This document shows, piece after piece, positions 7,589 to 17,758 of a stretch of DNA of 59,091 bases (positions are counted from its first letter, which is position 1; every line of letters starts with the position of its first letter). Source of the DNA: Candidatus Omnitrophota bacterium (GTDB lineage: Bacteria; Omnitrophota; Gorgyraeia; Tantalellales; Tantalellaceae); NCBI GenBank assembly GCA_035403965.1, contig DAONGE010000008.1:1-59091 (forward strand), in the 5' to 3' direction. Position numbers and translations under genes: made by a program. The notes beneath the pieces were generated by a model, which was not told the origin of the DNA, made no database searches, and saw only the letters and a list, made by a program, of their open reading frames with translations.

Positions 7589-9010
7589 ATGAAAAAGATA
7601 AACAAGATATTTTTGGGCGTAGTATTAGTCGCATGTCTTGTTGTCGCCGGGTTGGTGCAGGCAGAAGGCCCGGTAAAAAATTTTAATGGCAAAGAGCTTT
7701 TTCAGGAAGTCCAGCTTTTTGCTGACGCCCTTACGCTTATAAACGCGGATTATGTGACCGAGATAAAGGTCAAGGATCTTGTGTACGGCGCCATAAAAGG
7801 TATGGTGGATAAACTTGACGGTTATAGTCAATTTTTGCAGCCTGAAGATTACAAAGATCTGACGGATGAGACCCGCGGGGAGTTCGGTGGTATCGGGATA
7901 GAGGTTGGAGTTCGGAAAGGTATACTTACGATAATTGCGGTAATGGACGATACACCCGCTTCTGCTGCCGGTCTTAAATCTCAGGACAAAATAGTGAAGA
8001 TCGGCGATGAGATAACGAGAGATATTACGCTGGATGGAGCCGTTAAAAAACTTCGAGGTAAACCGGGTACAAAGGTCAATCTTTCCGTGGTCCGGGAAGG
8101 AGAAAGTAAGGTTATTAAATTCGAGATTGAGCGAGCGGTTATAGTGCTTAAAAGCATAAAGGACAAAAAGATTATAGAAGGCGATATCGGTTATATCCGT
8201 ATAGCGGAGTTTCAGGAAAAAACAGGCGAAGATCTGGAAAAAGCCGTTAAGGAACTTTTGAATAACGGAGCTAAAAGTTTTGTTATGGATCTCAGAAATA
8301 ATCCGGGCGGGCTTCTTGATGCGGCTGTGGATGTTTCGGAACTTTTTCTTGAACCTGGTAAGTTGATAGTTTATACCCAGGGAAGAACTCCGGAAAGCAA
8401 AATGGAATTTAGGTCTAAAAATACTTCCGGATTTAAGGATATGCCGATTGTTGTCGTGGTTGACGCTGGTTCCGCCAGCGCGGCGGAAATATTTGCGGGA
8501 GCTATGAAGGACAATAAAAGGGCGCTTATTATCGGCGAACGTACGTTCGGTAAAGGGTCGGTGCAGACCGTTATCCCTCTTCGGGACGGGGCGGGGCTCA
8601 GACTGACCACGGCGAATTATTTTACGCCGTCGGGTAAAAATATCAATGAAAAAGGCGTAGATCCGGATATAACCGTTAAATATGTGGCCGAGACCGGCGG
8701 GAAAAAACCGGAAGATCTTAAAAGCGTTGATGAGATCTTTGAAGAACTGGAAGTGGAAAAAGAGGACGCGAAAAGAAATAACAACTCGGAAAAGATTACG
8801 GCGACGAACGGAAAATTGCCAGAAAAAATAAAAGACAAGACAACTCCTGCCGTTACGGATAACAATCAGTCCGCCGGAACGGACAAGGAAGGTAAAAAAG
8901 ATCAGGAGATATCCGAATATGATAATCAGCTTGCTGCGGCTATCAATGTCCTAAAGGGTATAAAATTATACGAGAGTTACAAGAGCGGTCTTCCGTCAGA
9001 AGGGAAATAA
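7589..9010 (+). CDS. Carboxy-terminal processing (S41) peptidase with PDZ domain and K/E-rich C-terminal tail
   Basis: Signal peptide; motifs EFGGIGIEV, DLRNNPGGLLDAAV, GSASAAEIFAGAMKDN and TFGKGSVQT. A low-complexity tail of about 90 aa follows. Confidence 0.9.
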   Translation: MKKINKIFLGVVLVACLVVAGLVQAEGPVKNFNGKELFQEVQLFADALTLINADYVTEIKVKDLVYGAIKGMVDKLDGYSQFLQPEDYKDLTDETRGEFGGIGIEVGVRKGILTIIAVMDDTPASAAGLKSQDKIVKIGDEITRDITLDGAVKKLRGKPGTKVNLSVVREGESKVIKFEIERAVIVLKSIKDKKIIEGDIGYIRIAEFQEKTGEDLEKAVKELLNNGAKSFVMDLRNNPGGLLDAAVDVSELFLEPGKLIVYTQGRTPESKMEFRSKNTSGFKDMPIVVVVDAGSASAAEIFAGAMKDNKRALIIGERTFGKGSVQTVIPLRDGAGLRLTTANYFTPSGKNINEKGVDPDITVKYVAETGGKKPEDLKSVDEIFEELEVEKEDAKRNNNSEKITATNGKLPEKIKDKTTPAVTDNNQSAGTDKEGKKDQEISEYDNQLAAAINVLKGIKLYESYKSGLPSEGK

Positions 9011-9014
9011 GTCA

Positions 9015-10217
9015 ATGGCTCGCAGGAGACGTTTCAAACCTAAACAATTATGGCAGTTTGTGGGAGTTATCGCGGGGGCGGTTATACTGTTAAGTCTGGT
9101 AATGCCGCGAAATATAAATACTGTCATCACTACTATCGAAGAAAAAGTTTCTACTGTTCTCAGATCACACGGGCTTACCGACAGTTGTGTGATGTTTCAG
9201 GATGCTGTTACATGGCATAAAGGTAACCTGTATGGTAGGACGGTTACATATGTATATCGTCCGGATGTCGTGTGCAAGGATTCCGGGATATTGGCCGAGA
9301 TAAGAGACGAGATAAAAGGGATAAGGGGTTCTTCCTGCCGTCAGTCCATATATGATCCCGACGGGAAAAATACAGGTGGAATGCGGTATGATGTTTTGAT
9401 GCGCGGTAATATCGTTTGTACCGCCATAGTAGGGAATATCATAGTTCCCGGAGGGAAGATATCTGCCCCTAAAGTTGTTACGCCTGAAAAGGCGAAAGGG
9501 AAGACGGAATCTTCCGTACAGCCGATTGTTCCTGGTAAAGCGAAACCGGTTAGAGGAGCGCGCATAGCGATCGTTCTCGATGATTTCGGATATACAAAAG
9601 CCAATTTCGCGCGTTTATCCAGAATAAAATATCCGGTGACATTTTCGGTTCTGCCCAATAAAGAATATACTTCCGATGCCGTGGATCTGGCCGGGAAAAC
9701 CGGGAATGAGGTTATACTACATTTTCCGATGGAACCGGAATCATCGCGGGTAGGCCTCGAGAAAAATACTATAATGACAACTATGGATCCTAAGACGGTA
9801 CGGACGATATTTTCGGACGATCTTGATTCCGTGCAAGGCGCAAAAGGGGTCAATAATCATATGGGATCGAAAGCTACAAAGTCGGAACGTGTGATGAAAA
9901 TCGTTCTTGAAGAAATAAATAGACGTAATATGTTTTTTTTGGACAGTCTTACATCCGGAGGTTCTGTCGGATACAAACTTGCGGAGAAGATGGGGATTCC
10001 GTGCGCGAAACGTGACGTGTTTCTCGATGATGTTCAGACTAAGAGCGAAGTGATAAAGCAGATGAAAAGGGCGCGTGATATCGCTTTAAAGAACGGCTTC
10101 GCGGTGGCGATAGGGCATGACCGGTCCGCTACGATAGAAGCACTTTTGGAAATAATGCCGGAATTCGCTGAAGAGAATATCAGGTTTGTTAAGCTTTCCG
10201 AAGTAGTGGAAGAATAA
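9015..10217 (+). CDS. Divergent polysaccharide deacetylase family protein (YibQ-like) with N-terminal TM and an unassigned segment of about 170 aa
   Basis: C-terminal half carries RIAIVLDDFGY, GVNNHMGSKAT and FFLDSLTSGGSVG. The N-terminus has a single TM helix. Confidence 0.75.
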   Translation: MARRRRFKPKQLWQFVGVIAGAVILLSLVMPRNINTVITTIEEKVSTVLRSHGLTDSCVMFQDAVTWHKGNLYGRTVTYVYRPDVVCKDSGILAEIRDEIKGIRGSSCRQSIYDPDGKNTGGMRYDVLMRGNIVCTAIVGNIIVPGGKISAPKVVTPEKAKGKTESSVQPIVPGKAKPVRGARIAIVLDDFGYTKANFARLSRIKYPVTFSVLPNKEYTSDAVDLAGKTGNEVILHFPMEPESSRVGLEKNTIMTTMDPKTVRTIFSDDLDSVQGAKGVNNHMGSKATKSERVMKIVLEEINRRNMFFLDSLTSGGSVGYKLAEKMGIPCAKRDVFLDDVQTKSEVIKQMKRARDIALKNGFAVAIGHDRSATIEALLEIMPEFAEENIRFVKLSEVVEE

Positions 10218-10225
10218 GAGGCTTA

Positions 10226-11221
10226 ATGATCACCATTGGCATAGAAACATCATGTGACGAGACGGCCATCGCCGTTGTAAAGGACGGCAAGGTCCTGTCC
10301 AATGAGGTGTCGTCCAGCGTTCATCTCCATTCCCAGTACGGAGGGGTGGTTCCCGAGATAGCTTCCAGATATCATACCGAATATATTTATACCGTTTTCA
10401 AAAAATCCATGGATGATGCCGGGCTGACTCCGAAGGATATAGAACTTATAGCCGTAACGAAAGGTCCGGGGTTGCCGGGTTCGCTTCTTGTAGGGATATC
10501 GTTCGCGAAATCGCTGAGTTACGCGTTAAATATTCCGCTTGTGGGAGTAAATCATCTGTATAGCCATGTGTTTTCAGCTTTTATCGGCAAAAATGTGAAA
10601 GTCCAGGATATGTTGCCTTTTACCGGGATGATAATTTCCGGCGGGCATACGACTATATATGATTTTTCGGATATCTTACGCGGAGACATACTTGGAGAGA
10701 CATTGGATGACGCCGTAGGCGAGGCTTATGATAAAGTGGCGAAAATATTAGGGCTCGGATATCCCGGAGGGCCGGTTGTCGAGGAAAGAGCGAAGCGGAA
10801 CGGAGGTCGACAAGAGATAAAATTCCCGCGTTCGTTCATGAAAGAAAGTCCTGGCATTGATTTCAGTTTCAGTGGAATAAAGACCGCCATAATGTATTAC
10901 TGGAAGGATGCGAAAAAAACTGAGGACGAAAAGGATAGGGTATGTTTTTCTTTCCAGCGTGCCGTTACCGATATAATAGATCGGAAGATCGCGGACGCAG
11001 CCGATAGGACAGGAATGAAACGGTTCGTTGTAGGAGGGGGAGTTTTGTGTAATTCTGCCATACGTGGTGTTGTCGAAGAAAGATGCAGGGAAGAAGGGGT
11101 AGAGCTTTTTATGCCGGATAGACAGTATTGTACGGATAACGGTGCGATGACGGCTTTTCTGGGTGAAATGTTGTATATAAAAGGCGTGAAGTCGGATCTT
11201 TATTTGAATGTTGAGATATAA
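10226..11221 (+). CDS. tsaD: tRNA N6-adenosine threonylcarbamoyltransferase
   Basis: Motifs ITIGIETSCDETAIAVV, GGVVPEIASRYH and VNHLYSHV. Confidence 0.9.
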   Translation: MITIGIETSCDETAIAVVKDGKVLSNEVSSSVHLHSQYGGVVPEIASRYHTEYIYTVFKKSMDDAGLTPKDIELIAVTKGPGLPGSLLVGISFAKSLSYALNIPLVGVNHLYSHVFSAFIGKNVKVQDMLPFTGMIISGGHTTIYDFSDILRGDILGETLDDAVGEAYDKVAKILGLGYPGGPVVEERAKRNGGRQEIKFPRSFMKESPGIDFSFSGIKTAIMYYWKDAKKTEDEKDRVCFSFQRAVTDIIDRKIADAADRTGMKRFVVGGGVLCNSAIRGVVEERCREEGVELFMPDRQYCTDNGAMTAFLGEMLYIKGVKSDLYLNVEI

Positions 11222-11232
11222 ATGCGGAGGGT

Positions 11233-11697
11233 ATGAATATGGATGTTATGACCATGGTAATAAGAATGGTACTGTCAGGAGTTCTCGCGGGATTGATAGG
11301 TTTTGAGCGTGAATGGCACGGGCGTCCGGCTGGATTTAGGACACATATGCTGGTGTGCATCGGATCTACACTGTTCACGATAGTTTCTATCCTTATGGCT
11401 CAGGCGTACAGTAACATCGGGGCCAGCGATCCAGCACGTATCGCGTCGAATATTGTCACGGGCATAGGTTTTCTCGGTGCCGGTGCGATTATACGGGGTG
11501 ACGCGTCGATACAGGGACTTACCACGGCGGCGAGTATATGGGCGGTGGCCGCTATAGGGATGGCAGTTGGTGTAGGGCTTTATACTATCGCGGTTATTAC
11601 GACGGTTATCGTTTTAATAGTTCTTTTCCTTTCGAAATTCGAACGTCATCTTGAACTTAAAGATGACAACGGAAACAATGGAAAGAACAGAAAATAG
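11233..11697 (+). CDS. MgtC/SapB family membrane protein
   Basis: Motif LIGFEREWHGRPAGFRTHMLVC followed by four to five hydrophobic helices. Confidence 0.8.
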   Translation: MNMDVMTMVIRMVLSGVLAGLIGFEREWHGRPAGFRTHMLVCIGSTLFTIVSILMAQAYSNIGASDPARIASNIVTGIGFLGAGAIIRGDASIQGLTTAASIWAVAAIGMAVGVGLYTIAVITTVIVLIVLFLSKFERHLELKDDNGNNGKNRK

Positions 11698-11764
11698 TTT
11701 TAACTTGTGTTTGCATAGTGTATAATAAAGTTAAATATTTTAAGAGTTTTGAAAGGAGGTCAAG

Positions 11765-12313
11765 ATGCGAAGACGTGAAAGAGAAGAGCTAAAGACGGTT
11801 TTACAGACTGAAGAGAAATTTTTAGATATAAGCGCCGCAATGCAGGGAACGCTTCGTTTTGATGACCCTGTAAACATAAAAATTAACGGTAAGTTTGAAG
11901 GTTCGCTTAACGCTAAAGGAAAACTTGTAATAGGGAGCCAGGCTGTTGTTAAAGCGGATATCAACGGAGAGGTTATTGAAATAGCCGGAACTGTGACGGG
12001 CAATATTAGGGCCGAAAAAGTAGTCCGTGTGGACGCGACAGCAAAGATCGAAGGAGATATAGTGTCTCCGGCTTTTTCCGCACAGGAAGGCGCCATTATA
12101 AACGGCAGATTGAAAATGGAAAGCGTTGCGATACTTAACAATCTCGCTGAACTTATGACTGTGTATCAGGTAGCCCGATATCTCGAAGTTAACATGGAAA
12201 AGATCAACGAATGGGCCGCCACGGGTATTTTGCCGGCGATGAACGATAACGGCGAATGGATATTTGATAAGAATAAAGTGGATGAATGGGTCACACAGGG
12301 TAAAGTGAGGTAA
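11765..12313 (+). CDS. Bactofilin-domain protein fused to a C-terminal excisionase/MerR-type HTH domain
   Basis: Residues about 25-120 show the beta-helical bactofilin pattern (INGKFEGSL..GKLVIGSQAVVKADINGEVIEIAGTVTGNIRAEKVVRVDATAKIEGDIVSPAFSAQEGAIINGRL). The C-terminus, MTVYQVARYLEVNMEKINEWAATGILPAM..GEWIFDKNKVDEWV, matches the HTH_17 pattern. RBS AAGGAGG lies upstream. Confidence 0.7.
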   Translation: MRRREREELKTVLQTEEKFLDISAAMQGTLRFDDPVNIKINGKFEGSLNAKGKLVIGSQAVVKADINGEVIEIAGTVTGNIRAEKVVRVDATAKIEGDIVSPAFSAQEGAIINGRLKMESVAILNNLAELMTVYQVARYLEVNMEKINEWAATGILPAMNDNGEWIFDKNKVDEWVTQGKVR

Positions 12314-12319
12314 TTTCCG

Positions 12320-12685
12320 ATGCCGGAGAAGTTGCTGACTATCGAAGAATTGGCAGAATATTTGGGTATAAGCGAGGATAAGGTGAACGTGCTCGTAAAA
12401 GAAGGGGTTATATCCGGTTATAAAGTAGGCGGAGAATTTCTCCGTTTTAGAAAAGACCAGATAGATGCTATACGCTCCGAGATATCTTCCAGTATAAGCG
12501 ATAATGACAGGATCCCGTCACAAATAGTGAGGTCAAAAGTCAAAGAGCGGCACAATGCTGTTATAAATTTTAAAAACAATTCGTTGACCGATCGTGTTCT
12601 CGATTTCTTTTATTTCTATGATTTTTATCTTATTTCAAGCGTGATCATCGCCGTGCTTGTTATCATTATCTTCAATAGCAAATGA
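12320..12685 (+). CDS. Excisionase-type HTH domain protein with C-terminal transmembrane anchor
   Basis: The segment LLTIEELAEYLGISEDKVNVLVKEGVISGYKVGGEFLRFRKDQIDAI forms an HTH_17-like domain. The C-terminal FYLISSVIIAVLVIIIF is a predicted TM helix. Confidence 0.6.
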   Translation: MPEKLLTIEELAEYLGISEDKVNVLVKEGVISGYKVGGEFLRFRKDQIDAIRSEISSSISDNDRIPSQIVRSKVKERHNAVINFKNNSLTDRVLDFFYFYDFYLISSVIIAVLVIIIFNSK

Positions 12686-12762
12686 TATTATTGTCCCGCG
12701 AGGTGTTTTGACGTGGGTTTTAGAATATTGTTTTGATATCCGTTCAGCAATTACCGATAAAG

Positions 12763-13737
12763 ATGAAATTAATCTATAGGTTCGTCCTGTGTCTGTTGAT
12801 ATCGTCTTCAAGCGCTGATTTTTCATGCGCCGATACGCTTCTTCTCAAAAGCGGAGAAAAAGTAAAAGGTTTGATACTTAACGAATATAAGGACCGCATT
12901 GTTATTTCTACCGCCGGTGGAGAGCGATATTACATGAAGTCCGCGGTAAAAGGTGCTTTTTATGATGATGAATATCGTGAACTTTTGCAGAGGGCCAGAA
13001 ACGAAGTAAAAAGAAAACAGTACGTAAAAGCATACTACACTTACAGGGATGTTTTAAAGATAGAAACTGCCAATCAGGAAGCTAAGGAACGTGAGGTGTT
13101 CCTTTACAAATTTCTGTATTCTGAACCGAATCGCGATATCGAACGAGCGATTGAAAAAAGAAATGACGAGGAAGGAAGCAACGAAAAATCGGTTGATGTT
13201 ATCGATAAAGCCCAGAAAAAGATCGGTTTTATGCTCATGCAGGGTGATAAATATGTAAAATTGGGCCCGCATGTACCCCGGGGCGGGGTTGTGGCTAATA
13301 ACGGGGGGCCGCGGCAGGGCGATGAGATCATTGCCGTGTGGGGTGAAATGGCTGCTTATATGGATGTGATTGATGTGGCGGAGATAATCGCGGGGCCGTA
13401 TGAAAGTACGGTTTTATTGCAAAGGAAGATCAAAGTCAATGCCGGAAAATCAAAATCCGGTATCCCTGGGTTTTTCGACGGAGTCAGAGATGTTATAGGC
13501 GCCGATATCGTGATTACTGAGAGAGGGCTAGTTGTCCGAGATCTATCGGAAAACGGCCCGTTCAAGCGAGCCAGTATCCGGCAAGAGGACATCGTGTTCG
13601 CTGTTAACGGCCGGGAGGTTTCATATATGCCGATCGCCGACGTGAGGAAACTTATTAAGAATGAACAGGGAAAGGAAATGGAGTTTACCATTCATCGTAC
13701 CATAAACCTTTGGGCAAAGGAGGACGGACATGAGTGA
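12763..13737 (+). CDS. Secreted protein with two PDZ-like domains
   Basis: ATG 12763 gives MKLIYRFVLCLLISSSSA, a signal peptide. PDZ-like segments: GDEIIAVWGEMAAYMDVIDVAEII and QEDIVFAVNGREVSYMPIADVRKLI. Confidence 0.55.
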   Translation: MKLIYRFVLCLLISSSSADFSCADTLLLKSGEKVKGLILNEYKDRIVISTAGGERYYMKSAVKGAFYDDEYRELLQRARNEVKRKQYVKAYYTYRDVLKIETANQEAKEREVFLYKFLYSEPNRDIERAIEKRNDEEGSNEKSVDVIDKAQKKIGFMLMQGDKYVKLGPHVPRGGVVANNGGPRQGDEIIAVWGEMAAYMDVIDVAEIIAGPYESTVLLQRKIKVNAGKSKSGIPGFFDGVRDVIGADIVITERGLVVRDLSENGPFKRASIRQEDIVFAVNGREVSYMPIADVRKLIKNEQGKEMEFTIHRTINLWAKEDGHE

Positions 13738-14296
13738 GATAATGAGAAGGACGAGGCTTTTGATAGCCCAGCGTTTTCAGATCCGTTATGTGATCTCTAT
13801 TGTGGCGTTCATGTTCATTGTGGCCTTTTTGGCGGGGTATACCGTTTATGTCACGGCGTGGCTTATGATGGGAGAGAAACTGGCCGCCGTGTATCCGCAG
13901 AGTTTTCTTCTTGAGATTGTGAACAATGTTAACACCGTGCTGTTTTTGCGTCTTTTATGTTTGTGTCCTCTTGTCATGTTGGTGGGACTTATGCTTTCCA
14001 GCAGGATCGCCGGACCTATGTTCAGAATAAAGAGGCATTTGAACAAAATGGCCGGCGGACATTATGAAGGTGTGCTGAAACTGAGGGAAAGGGACGAACT
14101 CAAAGATATAGCCGAGGCTGTCAACATGATGGCCGTGAAATTAAGGGCGGATAGCGGAAAAAGGCGAAGCGAGGCCGAAGTGTTTAGGCGTGATCTGGAC
14201 GAATTGTATGCGGATGTATGCGCCGGAGGCAGGGAAGAATGTGAGTGTGTGATCTCCAGAATGAGGTTGCGGCTTGATAAGTTGGTAGGTGTTTAA
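13730..14296 (+). CDS. Membrane protein with two TM helices and a HAMP domain, no recognisable output domain
   Basis: Two hydrophobic helices are followed by IAGPMFRIKRHLNKMAGGHYEGVLKLRERDELKDIAEAVNMMAVKL. The start overlaps the previous stop by 8 nt. Confidence 0.55.
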   Translation: MSEIMRRTRLLIAQRFQIRYVISIVAFMFIVAFLAGYTVYVTAWLMMGEKLAAVYPQSFLLEIVNNVNTVLFLRLLCLCPLVMLVGLMLSSRIAGPMFRIKRHLNKMAGGHYEGVLKLRERDELKDIAEAVNMMAVKLRADSGKRRSEAEVFRRDLDELYADVCAGGREECECVISRMRLRLDKLVGV

Positions 14297-14327
14297 AATC
14301 CGGGTTTCAGATATTTAAGAAAATCGC

Positions 14328-14355
14328 TTGACTTATACTGGAACGTGAATATAAT
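14328..14355 (+). promoter_or_regulatory. Near-consensus sigma70 promoter upstream of polA
   Basis: TTGACT (14328-14333), 16-nt spacer, TATAAT (14350-14355). This leaves a leader of about 150 nt before the ATG at 14508. Confidence 0.55.
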
Positions 14356-14507
14356 AAATTGTCAGTAATACATTTCAATTTCAAATCCAAAATAACAGAA
14401 AAGGTTTTGTTGTCCGTTTCGCCGCTTTCAGGGCGAATGTAGAAACATAAAAATCCAGTCATTCTATCATATGAGATACTTCCGACCTTTTAAGGTTATC
14501 AATAAAA

Positions 14508-17159
14508 ATGGGTAAAAAAAGCGAAAAGATTTTTTTTATAGACGGCAATTCATTTTGTTATAGGGCGTTTTACGCTATACAGGACCTGGCCACATCGAAA
14601 GGTATGCCCACCAACGCCATATACGGCGTGATAAACATGCTGAATAAGCTGATAAAGGAAAATAGCCCGGAGATGCTGGCTGTTGTTTTTGATCTTAAAG
14701 GTCCGACCAAACGTCATGAGAAGTTCGCGGAATACAAAATACAGCGTAAACCTATGCCGGAAAGTCTTGTGGATCAGATGCCGCGTATCAAGGAGATCAT
14801 CGCGGCGAATAGGATAAAGATGTACGAAAAGCAAGGGTATGAGGCGGACGATATTATCGCCACCCTCGCCGAAAAGGCCAAAAAAGAAGGATATCAGGTC
14901 GTTATTGTATCCGCGGATAAGGACGCGCTTCAACTGGTGGATGACGATATAACGGTTCTGAGCCCACATATAAAGGAAAGTAAATCGTATAACGCGGACG
15001 AAGTTCTGAAGAAATACGGGGTTTTGCCCGGGGCGATGATAGATCTTATGGCGCTTATGGGGGATGCCAGTGATAATGTTCCGGGAGTAGAGGGAATCGG
15101 CCAGGTGACGGCCCAGAAATTGATATCGGAATACGGAACCATTGAAAAGCTGTATGAAAATTTTGAAAAGATAAAATCAGATAATGTACGGGGTAAGCTT
15201 GAACGTGGGCGAGATATGGCTTTTTTGAGCAAAGAATTGGTGACCTTGTATTGGGATGTACCTGTGGAACTTGATATCGACGCTATGAGGGCTTCTTCCC
15301 CGGATACGGAAAAACTGGCTGAACTTTATCGGGAATTCGAATTCAGAACACTTCTTAAGGAACTAAATGCGGCATTGCCAGTGAAAATTACCGTACATGA
15401 GGAATGTGAATATTTTTTTGTTTCAGAAAAAGAAGTGCCCAGTATTTTGAATAAAATCAAAAAACTTAAAGATATCGCTTTCAGCCTGGATATAACGGAT
15501 GGAGAGATCAAAGGTGTGGCATTTTCCTGGGAAAAGGGAAAGTCGTGGTATATATCGGTTTTGGGCGCAGCTGAGGAGTTAAAGGATATTTTGTCCGGGG
15601 AGAAATCTCTCAAAATAGGATACGATATAAAATCCGATATGATACTTTTAAAAAAATCCGGTTATGATATCGGCGGAAAACTTTTTGACGTGATGATATC
15701 GGATTATCTTCTGGAACCAGCGGTGAACGGCCGGGATCTGGAAAACATGGCTGCGCGGTGTCTGGAATATACTTTTATCTGTGATAAAGGCGATGTTTTG
15801 TGGGACGATAAAGGCCAGGCGACGCTTGATTTTTCACAAAAAAAATCAGACGACCATAAGAAATTTTGTGAGAGAGCGGATGTTATATATAGACTATATC
15901 TGTCGCATCAGGACGAAATGACTAAAAAACAATTGGATCAACTCTTCAACGATGTAGAGATGCCGCTAGTGCCTGTTCTTGCCGTGATGGAGGAAGAAGG
16001 TATAGGGATAGACACGGTATATGTGGGGAAAATGTCCGAGAAGGTCCAAAAAGAGATCGAGACGATCAGCGGTAAAATATATGAGTCGGCAGGTGGTGAA
16101 TTCAATATTAATTCCCCGAAGCAGTTGCAGCATATACTTTTTGATAAGATGAACCTTCAGCCTGGTAAAAAAACAAAGACCGGAGTGAGTACCGACGAGT
16201 CTGTTCTTTTAAAACTTGCGCAGAAGCATGAATTACCTGCGATGATACTAGAGTATAGAGCGCTTAATAAACTTAAAACAACGTATTACGAACCGATCCT
16301 TGATATGACGGATAAAAAAACATCCAGGTTACATACGCATTTCAACCAGGCAGTGACGGCGACCGGAAGACTTTCTTCCAGCGAACCGAACCTCCAGAAT
16401 ATACCGATACGGACCGAAAGGGGCAAGGAAATAAGGCGTGCATTTGTACCTGGCGGAAAGAAACGCGTGCTTATCGCCGCGGATTATTCTCAAATAGAGC
16501 TTAGGGTGCTAGCGCATCTTTCCGGGGATAGAAATCTTTCAAAGGCTTTTGAGAACAGCGAAGATGTGCATAAATATACAGCTTCGCTGATCTTCAATGT
16601 CCCGATAGACGCGGTAACAGACGAAATGCGGGGTATGGCCAAGACCGTTAATTTTGGCATAGTTTATGGTATGGGGGCTTTTCGATTGGCTAAAGACCTT
16701 GGGATAAGTATGTCCGAGGCTGAAAATTTTATTAAATCATATTTTGAAAGATACGAAGGTGTGAAAAATTTTATCGACGACACTTTGGATTTCTGCCGGG
16801 CGAACGGATATGTGGTTACATTGCTTAACCGCAGAAGATTTATCTCGGAAATAAACAGTACTAATCAGAATATAAAAGGTTTCGCGGAACGGGCTGCGAT
16901 AAATACGCCTGTGCAGGGATCTGCGGCCGATCTTATAAAACTTGCTATGCTTAGATGTCATGAGGTGTTCAAGAACACTGATACCAAAATGTTGCTGCAG
17001 GTCCATGACGAACTTATTTTCGACGTACCTGTCTCTGACAAAAAAGAGGTTGGGGAAAAAATAAAACGTACGATGGAATCCGTTATGGAACTTAAAGTTC
17101 CTCTAAAGGTGGATGTTGAGTGCGGGTCGAACTGGCTTGACATGGAAGATCTGGGGTAA
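14508..17159 (+). CDS. polA: DNA polymerase I
   Basis: 883 aa with 5'-nuclease, 3'-5' exonuclease-like and polymerase domains. Motifs DYSQIELRVLAHLSGD, AKTVNFGIVYGMGAF and LLQVHDELIFDV. Confidence 0.95.
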   Translation: MGKKSEKIFFIDGNSFCYRAFYAIQDLATSKGMPTNAIYGVINMLNKLIKENSPEMLAVVFDLKGPTKRHEKFAEYKIQRKPMPESLVDQMPRIKEIIAANRIKMYEKQGYEADDIIATLAEKAKKEGYQVVIVSADKDALQLVDDDITVLSPHIKESKSYNADEVLKKYGVLPGAMIDLMALMGDASDNVPGVEGIGQVTAQKLISEYGTIEKLYENFEKIKSDNVRGKLERGRDMAFLSKELVTLYWDVPVELDIDAMRASSPDTEKLAELYREFEFRTLLKELNAALPVKITVHEECEYFFVSEKEVPSILNKIKKLKDIAFSLDITDGEIKGVAFSWEKGKSWYISVLGAAEELKDILSGEKSLKIGYDIKSDMILLKKSGYDIGGKLFDVMISDYLLEPAVNGRDLENMAARCLEYTFICDKGDVLWDDKGQATLDFSQKKSDDHKKFCERADVIYRLYLSHQDEMTKKQLDQLFNDVEMPLVPVLAVMEEEGIGIDTVYVGKMSEKVQKEIETISGKIYESAGGEFNINSPKQLQHILFDKMNLQPGKKTKTGVSTDESVLLKLAQKHELPAMILEYRALNKLKTTYYEPILDMTDKKTSRLHTHFNQAVTATGRLSSSEPNLQNIPIRTERGKEIRRAFVPGGKKRVLIAADYSQIELRVLAHLSGDRNLSKAFENSEDVHKYTASLIFNVPIDAVTDEMRGMAKTVNFGIVYGMGAFRLAKDLGISMSEAENFIKSYFERYEGVKNFIDDTLDFCRANGYVVTLLNRRRFISEINSTNQNIKGFAERAAINTPVQGSAADLIKLAMLRCHEVFKNTDTKMLLQVHDELIFDVPVSDKKEVGEKIKRTMESVMELKVPLKVDVECGSNWLDMEDLG

Positions 17160-17167
17160 CTCTTATT

Positions 17168-17758
17168 ATGAAAAAGGTCAAGGTCATAGGTATTACAGGC
17201 ATATTTGCGTCCGGGAAGAGTACGGTATCGGATATGCTGGAGGCAAAAGGCGCCGTGAAGATAGACGCCGATAGAATTGGCCACAGCCTGCTTGAGAAGA
17301 ATGCGGGCGTAAAAAATGAACTTGTCGCGGTGTTCGGCGCCGGGATTTTGTCGAATGGCAAGATCGACAGAAAGAAACTTAGAAAGATAGTGTTCAACGA
17401 CGAAAAAAAATTGTCCCGACTTAACGATGTGATGCATCCGGCGATCATCCGGGAGATAAAAAAAGAATATGAATCCGTCGTTGACGGAATAGTAGTGATC
17501 GACGCTCCGCTTTTATTTGAAACGGGGCTTGCCGATACAGTGGATCTTGTGGTAGTGGTTGCCGCTGATCCGGAAACCGTGATAAAAAGGGCTTCATCCC
17601 GTGGGTTTAAGGAAGAAGAGACGAGAGGCATTATAGATGCGCAGATGCCTATCGAGGAAAAGAAGAAACTCGCGGATTTTGTCATTGATAATAACGGGAA
17701 TAGAGATAATACAAAACAAGGAGTGGAAAAGTTATGGAAAAAGATTCAAGACCTGTAA
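17168..17758 (+). CDS. coaE: Dephospho-CoA kinase
   Basis: P-loop [14 protein letters not shown]; 196 aa; conserved position downstream of polA. Confidence 0.9.
   Translation: MKKVKVIGITGIFASGKSTVSDMLEAKGAVKIDADRIGHSLLEKNAGVKNELVAVFGAGILSNGKIDRKKLRKIVFNDEKKLSRLNDVMHPAIIREIKKEYESVVDGIVVIDAPLLFETGLADTVDLVVVVAADPETVIKRASSRGFKEEETRGIIDAQMPIEEKKKLADFVIDNNGNRDNTKQGVEKLWKKIQDL

Noticed and set aside
14362-14507. Leader of about 150 nt between the polA promoter and start codon, considered as an sRNA or riboswitch
   Set aside because: There is only one short hairpin (TTCGCC...GGCGAA), no terminator and no recognisable motif. This is insufficient evidence.
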